Assembly: GCF_009834535.1 (NCBI RefSeq)
Contig: NC_045697.1
Coordinates: forward strand, 104,038,001 to 104,102,000
Direction of reading: 5' to 3'
Source of the DNA: Camelus ferus
Lineage: Eukaryota
DNA length: 64,000 bases
The notes under the pieces were generated by a model that saw only the letters and a list, made by a program, of their open reading frames with translations, was not told the DNA's origin and searched no databases. The position numbers and the translations under genes were made by a program. Position 1 is the first letter of the stretch, and each line of letters opens with the position of its first letter. Shown in pieces: positions 35,540 to 47,900 of the stretch.

Positions 35540-37924
35540 CTAAAGTCAAAGTGTAGAAGAATTATTATGGTATTAAAGAAATTGGTGTATTACAACCAAC
35601 AGGATTTTTGCTTTTTAAGACAATAGGAAGTTATTATAAGAAAGTCTACGACTTATATCAACAATCCCTGAAACCTAGCTGTGTACTGATCAAAAGGCTA
35701 ATGTTAATACGATTTACCTGGACCACAGATGTTAGAGAAAAGTGCATTAGCAGTACAATTATGAGGAGTTTCTCTCTACATACACAACCTAGTATTATCA
35801 CTTTGACATTCATATATAATTTCTATACTGATCCACCCTGTGAATCCTGTAGTCATCCAGCACAGCTGTTAGTACATGCATGAAATAATTGGTAAAGAGT
35901 ATCAACCTTGCCTGGTGCACCAACACTCATACACAGACTGACATCCACTCAGTCTCTAACAGGGCTGATAATTGGCAAATTAAGTAACTGTTGTTTTGAT
36001 TAGGTTCAATTTTAAAGCTATTGGTTAAAACTTGGGTGAGAAGGACTGACAGAGCTTGGCTTCCTGGTACAAAATTCCATGCACATTTTGAAATCCAAAC
36101 ATATTGTTCTTTGCTAACGACTGGCAATGCTTTTCACCGCCTTTTCACAATGAATTTAGCCTAATTTCTATGTAATGTGTTTTATCCATGGGAATTATCA
36201 AATTCTTCTTTCCAAAATCAAAATGTATAAATATATAACATGGTTCAACAAGACAAACATCATACCATCCAATAAGTACATTATTTATTTATGTTTAATA
36301 TACTAAATATAACATACAAATCTAATATACATACAAGAACCACTGAAGGGTCTTACATTTAAAAAGAATACTATCCTTTATCTACTTTTGGAAGTCTTTG
36401 GCTTTTAATGTTACCTAACTCCTGGCTAAGGCAAATGCTGACAGATCCACCCTCCATTTTGATCTCTGGAAAGTAAGCATCCTTAGATTTCTGAACTCTG
36501 CATCCCCACCTTGACGGATGTCAGCAGGACCTTGCAATTCTCCATGCTGCATTCACTCTCAGCATTCAATGAGTCACCACTTGTGAAGCAATGGCTCAAT
36601 GGGAAGACTGTGGGGAAACAGGATGGCAAATGCCAGTGACAGTATTTATTTTCTTCTCTGCAACTTCATCTGTTGCAGAGAATTATACCCTCAAGATCTC
36701 ATGTCAGTAGGGTTGATGATGCTAGTGATTCAGTCTGGGGATTTTAACCCTTACTTTTTCTCTGCTATAGGTTGAAGGTTTATGAGTGCTGGGGATAAGA
36801 CTAGGACTAGGGAAGGGACAGAAAAGGGGTAGAAAAGAGAATAAATGCCTCTTTTTAAAAATAAGAAGCACCTTTTCACTTTTAAAAACTTAAAAAAGAG
36901 AGAGAGAAGTGTTAACTAAACCCAAAGCAAACAGATGGAAGGAAATAATAAAGACTAGAGAGGAAATAAGTAGAGAATAGAAAAAAAATAGAGGATATCA
37001 ACAAAACCAAAAGTTGGTTCATTAAAAGGTCAATAAAATTGGCAGACCTTTGGCTAGACTGAACAAGGGGAAAAAAAGAGAAAGTCCTCAAATAATGAAA
37101 ACCAGGGATGAATGATGGCAATCACTACAGTCCTTACAGAAATAAAAATGCTTCTTAAAAAGGACTGTTATGGACAATGGTATACCAACAAATTAGATAC
37201 AGTAGATGAAATGGAAAAATTGCTAGAAACATACAAACTACTGACATTGACTCAAGAAGACATAGACAATGTGAATAGACCCACAACAAGTAAAGAGCTT
37301 GAGTTAGAAATCAAAATACTTTCCACATACAAAAAAACCCCAGGCCCAGATAGGTCCACTGGCGAATTCTACCAAATATTAAAATAATAATCAGCACCAA
37401 TCCTTCACAGACTTTACAAAAAATTATAAGAAAATACTTCCCAAATAATTCTATGAAACCAATATTATTTGACATCAAACCACCAAAGAAATCACAAGAA
37501 AAGAAAACTACAAATAATAGTCAAGTATCCATTATGAATATAGACACAAAAATTCTCAACAAAATATTAGCAAATTCAACCCAGTAACATATAAGAAAGA
37601 TTATACACCAGGATCAAGCTGGATTTATCCCAAGAATGTAAGGTTGATTCAACATATGCAGGTCAATCCATGTGATATATCGTATTAACAGAAAGGACAA
37701 AAACTGCATGATCATCTCAATGGATGCAGAAAAAAATTTGACAAAATTCAATCCCTTTTTATGATAAAAACCCTCAACAAATTCAGAGTAGAAGGTAACT
37801 TCTTCAACCTGTTAAAAAGTATCAACAAAAACCCCACAGCTAACATCACACTTAATGGTAAAAGGCTAAAAGTTTTGCCCTAAGATCAGGAAGAAGACAA
37901 AGATGTCCTTTGACACCAATTCTG

Positions 37925-38247
37925 TTTAAAACCTACATGCTTTATTATTGGGTTTAACAAAGATAGGCAATAGTGGAAAAATAACTAAACAATGCAGGGA
38001 GGTTAAAGGAAGTTGAGGATTTTTATTAACAAGATCTGTTTGTACAGAATTCTCTTGTCTTTGGCTCCCAAAGAATGTTTCTTTTCTCATGATACAGGGC
38101 ATCCTGCACATGGGAGTTTTAATTTCCCATTTTCAGGAATAAAAGGGAGATTAGAATGGGCTTCTTGCCTCTTGTTTTTCAAGTACCTTAAGCTCAAAGT
38201 ACTTATGCCATAGTGGCATTTGGGGTGGTATAGTCTGTCACCCTTCA
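37925..38247 (-). mobile_element. MER34-like ERV1 LTR fragment nested in the L1
   Basis: Reverse complement starts TGAAGGGTGACAGACTATACCACCCCAAATGCCACTATGGCATAAGTACTTTGAGCTTAAGG, like the MER34 5' end. L1 ORF2 sequence resumes on both sides. Confidence 0.75.
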
Positions 38248-39006
38248 GCATCAAGAGCGGAAAGAAATAAGTAAAAGTATACTTGCAGATGACATGATCT
38301 TATATATAGAAAATCCTAAAGAATCCACAAAAAATTCAAAGCTAATAAATGAGCTTATCAAGGTTGCAAGATACAAGATCAATATACAAAAGTTGATTTT
38401 ATTTCTACACCCAATGAACAGTTTGAAAATGAAAGAAAAATTTAATTTTCAACAGCATTAAAAAGAATAAAATATTAGAAATAAAATTATAAAAACAAGA
38501 GCAAGGTATATACACTGAAAGCTATAAAACATCCTTAAAAGAAATTAAATAAATGAACAGAAAACCCATATTCATGAATTGGGAGACTTAATGTTAAGAT
38601 AGCAATATTCCCTAAACTGATTGACAGGTTCAATGCAATCCCTATCGAAATCCCACCTGTCCTTTTTGGAGAAATGGACAGACTAACTCTAACATTCATG
38701 TGGGAATATAAGCAATGCAGAGTAGCCAAAGCAATACTGAAAAAGAACAATCCTGGATGACTCAAATTCCACAATTTTAAAACTTACTACAAAACTAAAA
38801 TAAACAAGAATGTGTGATAGTGGAATAAGGACAGATATGAGGCTCACCACAGTAGAATTAAGAGTCCAGAAAACAACCCTCACATTTACAATCAATTTTT
38901 AAAAAAGTCCCAAGATAGTTTATTGAGAAAGAATAGCATTTTCAACAACTGGTACTGGGACAATTGGACATCCACATGCAAAACATGAAGTTGGACCCTC
39001 CTTACA

Positions 39007-39007
<1 letters not shown>

Positions 39008-39069
<62 letters not shown>
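39008..39069 (+). repeat. (CA)31 microsatellite inside the L1
   Basis: Perfect CA run. Confidence 0.98.
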
Positions 39070-39073
<4 letters not shown>

Positions 39074-41211
39074 CTTAAAAATAGATCATAGACCTAAATA
39101 TAGGAGTTAAAACTATAAAACTCTTAGAATAAAATGTAGGAGTAAATCTTCATGAATTTGGGTTTGTGGAAGTGTTCTTAGTTATGACACTGAAAGCACA
39201 AACAACAAAAGAAAAAATAGGTTATTTTGAACTTTATCAAATTGAAAACTTCTGCTTCAGTGGATTCCATCAGAAAGCAAAAATAAAATCTGATGTTTTC
39301 AAATCATTAATCTGATGAATGACTTGTATGTAGAGTATATAGAATATTCTTACAACTCAATAATAAAAAGACAACCCAATTAAAATGGGCAAAGACTCTG
39401 AATAGGCATTTCTGCAAAGAAGATACACAAATGGCATAAGCACATGAAAAGATGTTCAACATCATTAAACAACAGGGAAATGTAAAATGAATCTACAGTG
39501 ATTATCACTTTATACCTACTAAGATGACTATACTAAAAAGAGAGTAGTAAGTGCTGGTGAGGAAGTGTCTAAACTGAAATCCTTACACATTGTTGATGGG
39601 AATGCAAGATGGGGCAGTGCCTTTAGAAAACTCTTTGCCAGTCCCTCAATAAGTTAAACATAGAGTTACCATGTGACCCAGCAATTCCACTTCTAGGTAT
39701 ACAACAAAAGGAACTGAAAACTTGTACACGAATGTTCATAGTAGCTTTATTTGTAACAGACAAAAGGTAGGAACAACATAAATGCCCATCAACTGATGAA
39801 TGGATAGAGAAAATGTGATACACCCATACAAGAGTGTGCTAATTGGCCATAAAAATGAATCAAGTAGTGATGCATGCTACAAGATGAATGAACCTTGAAA
39901 TCTCATGATGCTACGTGAGAGAAGCTGGACACAAAAGGACACACATAATATGACTCCATTTGCGTAAACTATCCAGAGGAGGTAAATCCAAAGAGATAGA
40001 AAGTAGATAAATGGTTGCTAGGAGAGAGGAAGGAAGTTATGGGGAATGACTTCTAGTGAATACGGGGTTAGTGTTCATCATTGTACAACTTTGTGAATAT
40101 GTTAAACATCAATGGTGATTAAAATAAGAAAATAATAGAATAGAGTCATGAGACTGCTGTACGGCTGGTGCTACCCTTGTGCAATACACCGATGTGCCCA
40201 AACAAAGGAGCTGGCCCACAGTGGATGTCAGTACTCCTTAAGTAATATGTAAACCAATGTGGGAGGCAGACCTTATCCACGCAGTCATCAGCTTGCTGCT
40301 TCAGGTTCCCTGACCACAGTAGGAGATAACAGGGAAAAGGGATGCTCTGTCCCAGAGCATTTCAGTTGCTCTCAGAGCTCTGTAAAATATTGTGTGATCC
40401 CTTAACCTATGTACTTTCTTGTATGAAAAATATGGAGACAAATATTTATCGGTTTTAAAAAATACTAAAAATTACGACAGCATGAGAAGTACGTTTTATC
40501 CTATTGTCTCTGTCCTTTGGAAAGTGAGAGATGCTCTCAGAAAGAAGACTGCCTGGCAGGCTCTAACTGTTGGGAGAGACCCTAGGAATCTCGCTTTCTT
40601 TGTGATCTGCCTTACAATTTAGCACATATGAACCTAAAGTGAAATACATTTTCCTAATTGATACATTGCTTTACATTAAACTGCCACAGAACTTTTCACT
40701 TGACTCAGGTTAGCTGCTGAAACTGATCTCAGAGCTAACTATTTATGCCAGTGTGTGCCCCTTTGGAGAAGGTACTAAATCACTCTTCACTCAAAAGCAG
40801 TTTGTTCAATGGGATACGTCTTTCAGTGGGGGCGATTTCCTATGGGTATTTCAACTAATATTATTTTACAAAGTAATAGAGAGAATAAGCTAAGATTTTA
40901 CTTTCACCCTTTAAAAAAATTGAAATCAAATCCAAAAAAATCAGTCCTGTTTACTCCAATAAAGCCATTTGTTACTCAGTAAAACAATCCATTAAATATA
41001 TCCACAAGCTAATCAACTTTAGTTGAAGAGCATAACTTCCAGTTTTTCTCCTTCACAAAAAGGCTACTCTATTAATAAATTACTATGAGATAACAAAATA
41101 TCCTTTCATTTCACAAAGTAAAACTTATGAGTATATGTTCCAAATTTTTTCTTTATATTTTTTACATATGCAAATGATACAGAATATTAAGGATGTGACC
41201 AGCTCTCACAA

Positions 41212-41382
41212 AAACGTTTTCTCTGCTTTAAGTGTGCATCCAAATCACCTGGGAATCTTGCAAACCTTCAGATTCTGATGCAGTCGATCTGGGGTGGGGC
41301 CTGAGAGGCTGAATTTTTTATAAGCTTCCTGGTGATGCTCATGCTGCCACTCTGAAGGTCACACACTGTGACAGTCAAGGGT
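41212..41382. mobile_element. MER5A-like hAT-Charlie element
   Basis: AATCACCTGGG...CAGATTCTGATGCAGTCGATCTGGGGTGGGGCCTGAGA...AAGCTTCCTGGTGATGCT. Confidence 0.8.
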
Positions 41383-41513
41383 CTAAAATATATTTAAGTT
41401 CTAACTTTCTGTTATCCCTAACTAAATATTTATCATAGCCTCTCTGTTACCTGACAATATGGAATTGACAAACAGTGAAAGGTCTCTCAGATTGTTAGAA
41501 ACATATGACCTTA

Positions 41514-41515
<2 letters not shown>

Positions 41516-41546
<31 letters not shown>

Positions 41547-41563
41547 CACACAACACACACACA
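41516..41563 (+). repeat. Interrupted (CA)n microsatellite
   Basis: CA run with two CAA interruptions. Confidence 0.95.
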
Positions 41564-41858
41564 CTCTTAACTTTTGCAAATGACCTTACCTTCTCATTAG
41601 GGGTTTATTGTTTTATAACATTACTCCCAGAGGGTTGCAATTTTGGAGATAAAGCTTTCAAGAAACTAATGGATTTCTCATTGTCAGCACTAAGGCACCT
41701 CTGTTTTACAGTGAAATTTGAAAGGATATTGATGGCATTTGTCTCTGCATTTCATAGGAAATAATCACCCAAACACTTGACGATTTTTACTTCCCTCTTG
41801 GGAGAAGCAGTGTCTGCCCATTAAAGGCAGCAATGAGAGAGTGCTCTTTTCTACCCAC

Positions 41859-42071
41859 CTTCTTTGGCTATTTCAGAAGCTTTTATTAGAATTCTGATGG
41901 CCTGTTTGTATTCTTTATTTTCCAGCATTTTGTCTGAGAGTAATCTGTAGGTCCTCAGGAGACTCTCGCAGGCCAACAAGTTGAGAAAGTGGCCTGTCTC
42001 GTCTTGCCATATCCGCCCTTGCGTCAATTGATGGAAGGCTTCATAATGCTCCGCCGCTTCCAGAAGCTGAC
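41859..42071 (-). CDS. TTC29: TTC29 internal coding exon (213 nt, phase 1-1; probably exon 7 in human numbering), TPR region
   Basis: Translates to (G)[70 protein letters not shown](G), which I recognise as TTC29. Acceptor ttttattcttcAG|GT at 42073-42072; donor AAG|GTGGGT at 41858. Confidence 0.96.
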
Positions 42072-42354
42072 CTGAAGAATAAAAGCCATTCATAAACGCA
42101 AACCACAGGCCAGAACATATTTTCAATTATTTTGCATACATCTTGCGCTTTACTACAAAAGGCAGGGGAACTAAGGACTGCAGTCAAGTATTTCTAAGGC
42201 TGAAGAAGTGGAGCAAGGAGCTATCTCAAGTTGGACCACAGATTCAGCACTGATTTTGGTTGGACACCTGCTAGAGGGATATACCGGGACTAGTCGAAAT
42301 TGATGAGAATTGCCCATCTTTAGAGATGGTCCAGCAATAATTATTAGCAATCAT

Positions 42355-42582
42355 ATTAACTAATATTTATTTATCATTATACATATACAAGGCACTGTGC
42401 TGTGTGTTTTACATGTATTTCTCACTTTTAATCTTCAAATTAGTCCTACAGAATAGGGATTGTTATGATTCTACTTTCTAGGAGAGTTAGGTTAAGAATT
42501 TTGCCCACGATTGCATGTCTAGTGGCCTAGTAGATCCGGGCAGTCTGATGCCAGAGCCCGTGCTCTAAACCACTGTCCTCCA
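42355..42582 (-). mobile_element. MIR
   Basis: GGCACTGTGCT...TTTAATCTTCA...GGTTAAG...TTGCCCA...CAGTCTGATGCCAGAGCCCGTGCTCTAAACCACTG. Confidence 0.75.
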
Positions 42583-43034
42583 CTGCTTTCCCAACAGACA
42601 GCGATTCTTCATTCTCAAGGAGAATTCAGGTATATTGAGAAAGGATGTATCTGCTACAAACTGCAAATTTAAATATCATGGATCTTTAAATCACTTCTCA
42701 AAGTTTGACTGAAATTTGCAAACAGGCATCTGTATACCCTGTTTAATTTTAAATAATTAAAATGTGACTTAACTGCTTTTCTGAATTACATGTTATAATA
42801 TAGTCCAAAATATATCTTCTCAAAGCCAAAATTCTAAATTAACGTTGTCATGGAATTCCTTGAAATGTGAGCAGTCACACTTTGGGGAGAGTAGTTCGCA
42901 GTTCCATGCTGTAGATTGTTTTACTTGTGAGTTGCCTTGTGGAAATGCTTACAAAATCCTGTAATGTGAATTCTCTTTCATGGTATTGGAGTTACCTAAC
43001 TGTAATTAACTGGGAAAGCACTTACATCTAGGCA

Positions 43035-43270
43035 TCCCAACAGTAGTAGTTAAGAGTGAGTACAGGCTCCAAGCAGACAGCCTAAGCTCCTATACCAGCT
43101 TTATCCTTTTTGCTGTTTAGCCTCAGGCTCATTACTACCCTCTCTGTGCCTGAGTTTAATTCTTTTGCAGATAGGGTTATAGTATAATCACTTAAGGTGT
43201 TACTGTGAGAAATGAATTAATACATGCTCAATGTCTGATACAGAGTAGGCACTCAAAGAACACAGCTACT
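43035..43270 (+). mobile_element. MIR
   Basis: GTAGTTAAGAG...AGGCTCC...CTCTCTGTGCCTGAGTTT...GTAGGCACTCAA. Confidence 0.65.
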
Positions 43271-43673
43271 GGTATCAGTTAGCATAGTGATCATATTTTT
43301 TAAAAATCCACAGGCCAGTTGAAATACAGCCACTATTTTTCCTTTCTTTAAATACAACATATTCCTCCTGCAGAATATGTACTTGAGTCCTTATGACAAT
43401 ATTATCATGACTGATTAAGTTAATTTATGTAGTCCATACAAGGCTCAGTGTATTTCCTCAAATAGGATGCATTGGCTATTATAAGTTGGACATGCTAGGA
43501 TACTACAGCCATTGCCATGACTATTGCATATAATTTCTCCCAATTTTTGCACTGAATTAGCTATCAAAATAAATATTCAAAAAGTACGCATAAATAAAAA
43601 TAGTATTTTCAAAGGAACACAACAAACAGAGGTGTATGATCATCAAATAATCCGTACAAAAATTCAGTAAAGA

Positions 43674-43847
43674 GCTGAAAAACAAATTTCTTCTGTATAG
43701 CACAGGGAATTATATTCAGTATCTTGTAATAACACTTAGTGAAAAAGAATGTGAAAATAAATATATGTATGTATATGCATGACTGGGACATTATGCTGTA
43801 CACCAAAAATTGACACACTGTAACTGACTGTACTTCAATTAAAAAAA
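43674..43847 (+). mobile_element. Young L1 3' terminus with poly(A) and TSD
   Basis: TSD AAAAATTCAG(T/G)AAAGA at 43658-43673 and 43848-43863. Confidence 0.92.
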
Positions 43848-44890
43848 AAAAATTCAGGAAAGACATGGCCAGTCTTAGCCCCATGCAGAAGGAAGGCATA
43901 CTGACAAAGATTCATAGAGAGAGGGAGGTGTGTGCTGCTGAGCTGTTTATGAACTTGTGCTATGAAATTTTCACGTGATAAAAGACTACAAAGCTGTAAG
44001 TATTATAGGAGAATATTTCATTACATGGACAGGTGCTTATGATAAGTGAAAATACTGAAAAACATCAGAAACGTGGACAAAGCATTATCAGTGTTATATG
44101 GGCGATGGGTGGTTTCTTTTCTACTTTTCTTTTTTTCTTTCTGATTATCGGCATTTTCTAATGTTTCTAGCATCAACATATGCTCATTTTGTAAAAAAAA
44201 GAAATATATAACAGAAACTATTTTTTAAAATAATGCCCCATCCTTTTTCATTTTGCTACAAATACTCAAGGTGGAAGTTCACTGTCTATCCTCACATTTA
44301 ATTGACAATTTTTCTCTTACCTCCTACAAGAGCTGGCATAGTTTTTCACCTCTCTCCTGCAGCACCTCTCAGCAGAAACACCTTTCTCCAAATAACCATG
44401 ACCCTCGTTTCTTTTTAAAAATTCGAATGATGCATTGAAGTATATGTGTGTTATATGTTATGTTTCCTCTGTTAACTATATTTCTGCCTGTAAAGTATAG
44501 CTCTGCATCCCTGGGAAGATGTATATGAGAGTTTTTTTCTTTTGCCAGCATCCATCTATTCATAAAATACAGATACATATTTCTCTTTCGCCATATGAAT
44601 AGAGACGGGTGGATACAGGGAACTGTGAATAAACAAGATAGTCCCAGAAAAAATTGGGACTATAAGGAGACTAGGAAAGGGCTAATGGCATCTGTGGTCA
44701 CACACAGTAACCATATGGAAAGAGGGTCCAAAGGTGTGTTATAAAATAACAGAGTCACTAAGAATTCCAGGAGGAGAGCCAGGAGATGAAGCTCTGGATA
44801 ACCCAACTAATTACAATGAGATGCAAATAAGGTATAATGATGTAAATAGTATCTGAGAACTGATAGCCGTGTCCAAGATTTGATTCACAT

Positions 44891-44994
44891 GGGGGAAAGG
44901 GAGGTAAGGGGAGGGGAGGGTAGAAAGCGGGGAAAGGAGAGGTGGAGGAAATGAGGAGTGGGCTGGAGGTGGGGAAGGGGGGAGAAGGGTGGGG
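44891..44994 (+). repeat. G-rich purine tract with canonical G-quadruplex motifs
   Basis: G5-AAA-G3-AGGTAA-G4-A-G4-A-G3 and G4-AA-G6-AGAA-G3-T-G4. Confidence 0.8.
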
Positions 44995-47900
44995 ACCAAG
45001 TCTCTGTATTCCAAATAAGCCAGACTTTTCTCTGTGTTAGGGATGCCATTAGGCCTCCTGGAATGAGGTAAGAGAGGTTCTTGGGACATTCATTTCAGTC
45101 GGCTACTATGGAAGGGGGCCTTGGAATGACTGAGAAATAGTCTTTGCAGTTGAGTTTGATTTTTGGCTTGAGCACTGGGGACTGGTATTAGTACACTGCT
45201 TAGTTCATGGTTATTAGGCAAAGTTCAGCTCTCAGAAGGACCTGCTTGAGGTCTGCCATGAGGAAGGAGCCTAGTCCAAGGTGCTCCGGTAAAAGGAACA
45301 AGGACCTAGTCTTTCCTGAAGCCCTACTGGGTACTAATCAAAATGCCCGATATATGATCTTATTTAACCTTCCCCAAACTGGTAAATACAATTTTTATTC
45401 TTACACCAAAGAGGAAACTGAGGCTCACAGACATCAAATGACTCAAATTGATTAAAAAAAAAAAGGTGCTTGTTTAGGATTTAAACCTCGGATCACCAAA
45501 ACCCCATACAGCTTGGTTCTACCACATCAGGTACCAGTCAAGAAGCTTAGGTGGAATAAGTTGCATTCTCTGGACACAAATCTCTCAAGTTATACACAAC
45601 GCTTGAGTTATGTGATTTCTAGTCTCTTCCAGTTCTATAATTCTGTGACTCTACTCAGGCGATCACAAGAACCTCCAACATAAAAGAACAGATACTAGCC
45701 AGTGATGCGCTTCTGATTGGTCTTTCTGAAGGAGTCTGATATACCACCAGTTTTGCAGCCTACGGCAAAGTTCCCCACTTTAACCTGACCTGTGAGGTGA
45801 CATCCATGGGAAGGGGGCACCTAGAATGACTCAGTGCCCCATACCAGGTCACCTGTGGTCACATCCAGCTCTTTGTGGTTTCATGTCCCCTTCCTTAACC
45901 ACTTTGCCACAGATGAGGTCCCTGGGAATACTGATCAGCACTGATTTAAACCAAAATCCCTACTCAGAGGAAGTAGAGCTTTCCATTGCCTCTGAGCTGT
46001 AGGGGATCATTTCTAAAATTATTTGGTGGCAAATAGGTCAGTAAATAAGCCAGCAAGGGTCGGTCCAAATAAGCACACAAATGGCTTGGCTACAATTTCT
46101 AAAGGCTGGTCAGAATCTGAAAGAACATATTATAATATGGCATAATATTTGATTAGAAAATATTAAAATATATCTATACTATGAAGAGAGCATAGTAATT
46201 TAAATATGCAAGGATTTCCCTTTAAGCATGATTAACAATGAAATAACTTCCATCCAATTTATATTTCCAACTGTGAATAGGATTTTAAAGATTCTCTTAC
46301 TTCCTCAGTAATGGCTGATATCCATATTAAGACTGGATATTTATTAAGACATGATGCCTCCTGGTTTTACCTGAAATTTTTAAATTTCATATGCCTGAGA
46401 TATTATAAAAAGTCATCAATCTAGTGATCATTTTGACAAAGCTAAATGTAAATATAAATTAAGATCATAGATCAGATTTCCAAATTTGGCTCATAGCTTC
46501 CCTTTAGATCTTCTTCAGCATGTTCCTATGTTTTGTGCCCTTTGTTACCAGGTAAACTTTAATATATCAGAACCAGGCAAGATTTCCAGATTCCACTATC
46601 AATCTCATTGAAGGACAAGTGCCTAGATAACTTTCCTTCTCTGGACTTCTCAAGTGTTACCATTATTTTTCACTGAGAAAGAGAGCAGAGAAAAGAAGAA
46701 TGATTATATCAAAGTTTCACAAAAATACAAGTTTACTGAAAACAGAAAAGAGAAGGCCTTGGGCACATTCACAGATGCAAAAAGTCTCCTGAGGGCACCT
46801 GACCTTTATCTTGTTGCACCAAGAATTATCAGCAAATCTTCATTATCCCTATGAATAACAAAGATCACAGGAGTAGCTGTGACAAGGAAGACATACCAAC
46901 TATTGTTCAGCTAAGTACCTGAAATGCATGATTCTATGCTAAGCAAAATTCTAGAGAATTCACTAATATTTCAAGTGAATCAAGGAAGAAAATGGAGCCA
47001 AGATGTTTTGTGGGAGTGACTGAAGGTGGCATTCCACCAATACCAGCAGTAATCAATTTTTCTCAATAACATCAGGTAGCACCAGAAAACACATCTTAAA
47101 AGACACACACAGTGATTGTATAAAACAATCATTTTTCACAATTATACAATGATTGTGTAAAACAAGAATCCAGGTATGAATAGAAGAGGCTTAAGCCTCA
47201 AGTTTTTTGTTTTGTTTCATTTTTTTAAATTATATTTTAAAATTATATGACATCTACATGAACAATAAGGACGTTGGCATGCATTGATAGTTTTTCACCT
47301 AAAACAAAGTGTACTTTTAAAATAAAACTATTACATAGGAGTTTCACTTTAACTAAAGCCCATATAAACAAGACATCCAGCCATGTATTAAAAAATACAA
47401 ACAAAACCCAAACAATGTTGTGAACTGCAGAATGCTTGGTAGGGTGTTAAGACAAACACTATGTAGAGAAAATAAGATTTCATACATTTGGGTATCGCCC
47501 AAATTGTAGCTTACCCCTCTTCCCTGTACATCTCTGAAAGTTTACAGATATTTGTTGTATCACAGCAGATGTCTAGAACAAATATTAAGCAAAGGAGAAT
47601 GTATATGATCTCTCCCATTTTAGTTTTTTTTTTTTTTAAAGTAGGAAGATTGACTAGATATTAACACAAATGGGTTTAAATGTGAAGCTGCCATAAAAGC
47701 AGGAACATAAATGTAATTCTCCCAGCCGCTATTTTGATGCACATTTTTGATTCCATGAATATTTTATGAAATGGCCCAAACTAAAGCCATATAACATTCC
47801 TGCATTACTGATGCTTGCGCCCGTAAGCTACGAACATTAGAGGCATGATTGAGTGCATTAAAATGAACTCATTCAGCAGTGCATTGATTACTTGAAGGGG

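Larger units (their letters stand above)
36875..40125 (+). mobile_element. Degenerate L1 (L1MB-like), ~3.2 kb of ORF2 plus 3'UTR, antisense to TTC29
   Basis: ORF2 remnants (YTNKLD..DEMEKLLETYKL, PGPD..TGEFYQ; TTGCAGATGACATGAT = RT ADD motif at ~38283) with many stops and frameshifts; L1MB-type 3'UTR. Confidence 0.92.
35540..41858 (-). other. TTC29: TTC29 intron, 6319 bp (GT-AG), about half occupied by an old L1
   Basis: Splice sites at both ends; phases compatible. Confidence 0.9.

Noticed and set aside
37112..37387. 91-aa ORF (and 5520-5717)
   Set aside because: Decayed L1 ORF2 pieces with stops and frameshifts nearby; not host genes.
41851..42126. ORF-track N-terminal extension [18 protein letters not shown], and the C-terminal extension of ORF 35349-35549
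   Set aside because: Intronic read-through beyond the real splice sites.
47110..47165. Short local duplications (also 17770-17810, 22430-22505, 23900-23950, 51281-51308, 58845-58864)
   Set aside because: Ordinary slippage-type micro-duplications with no higher-order pattern.
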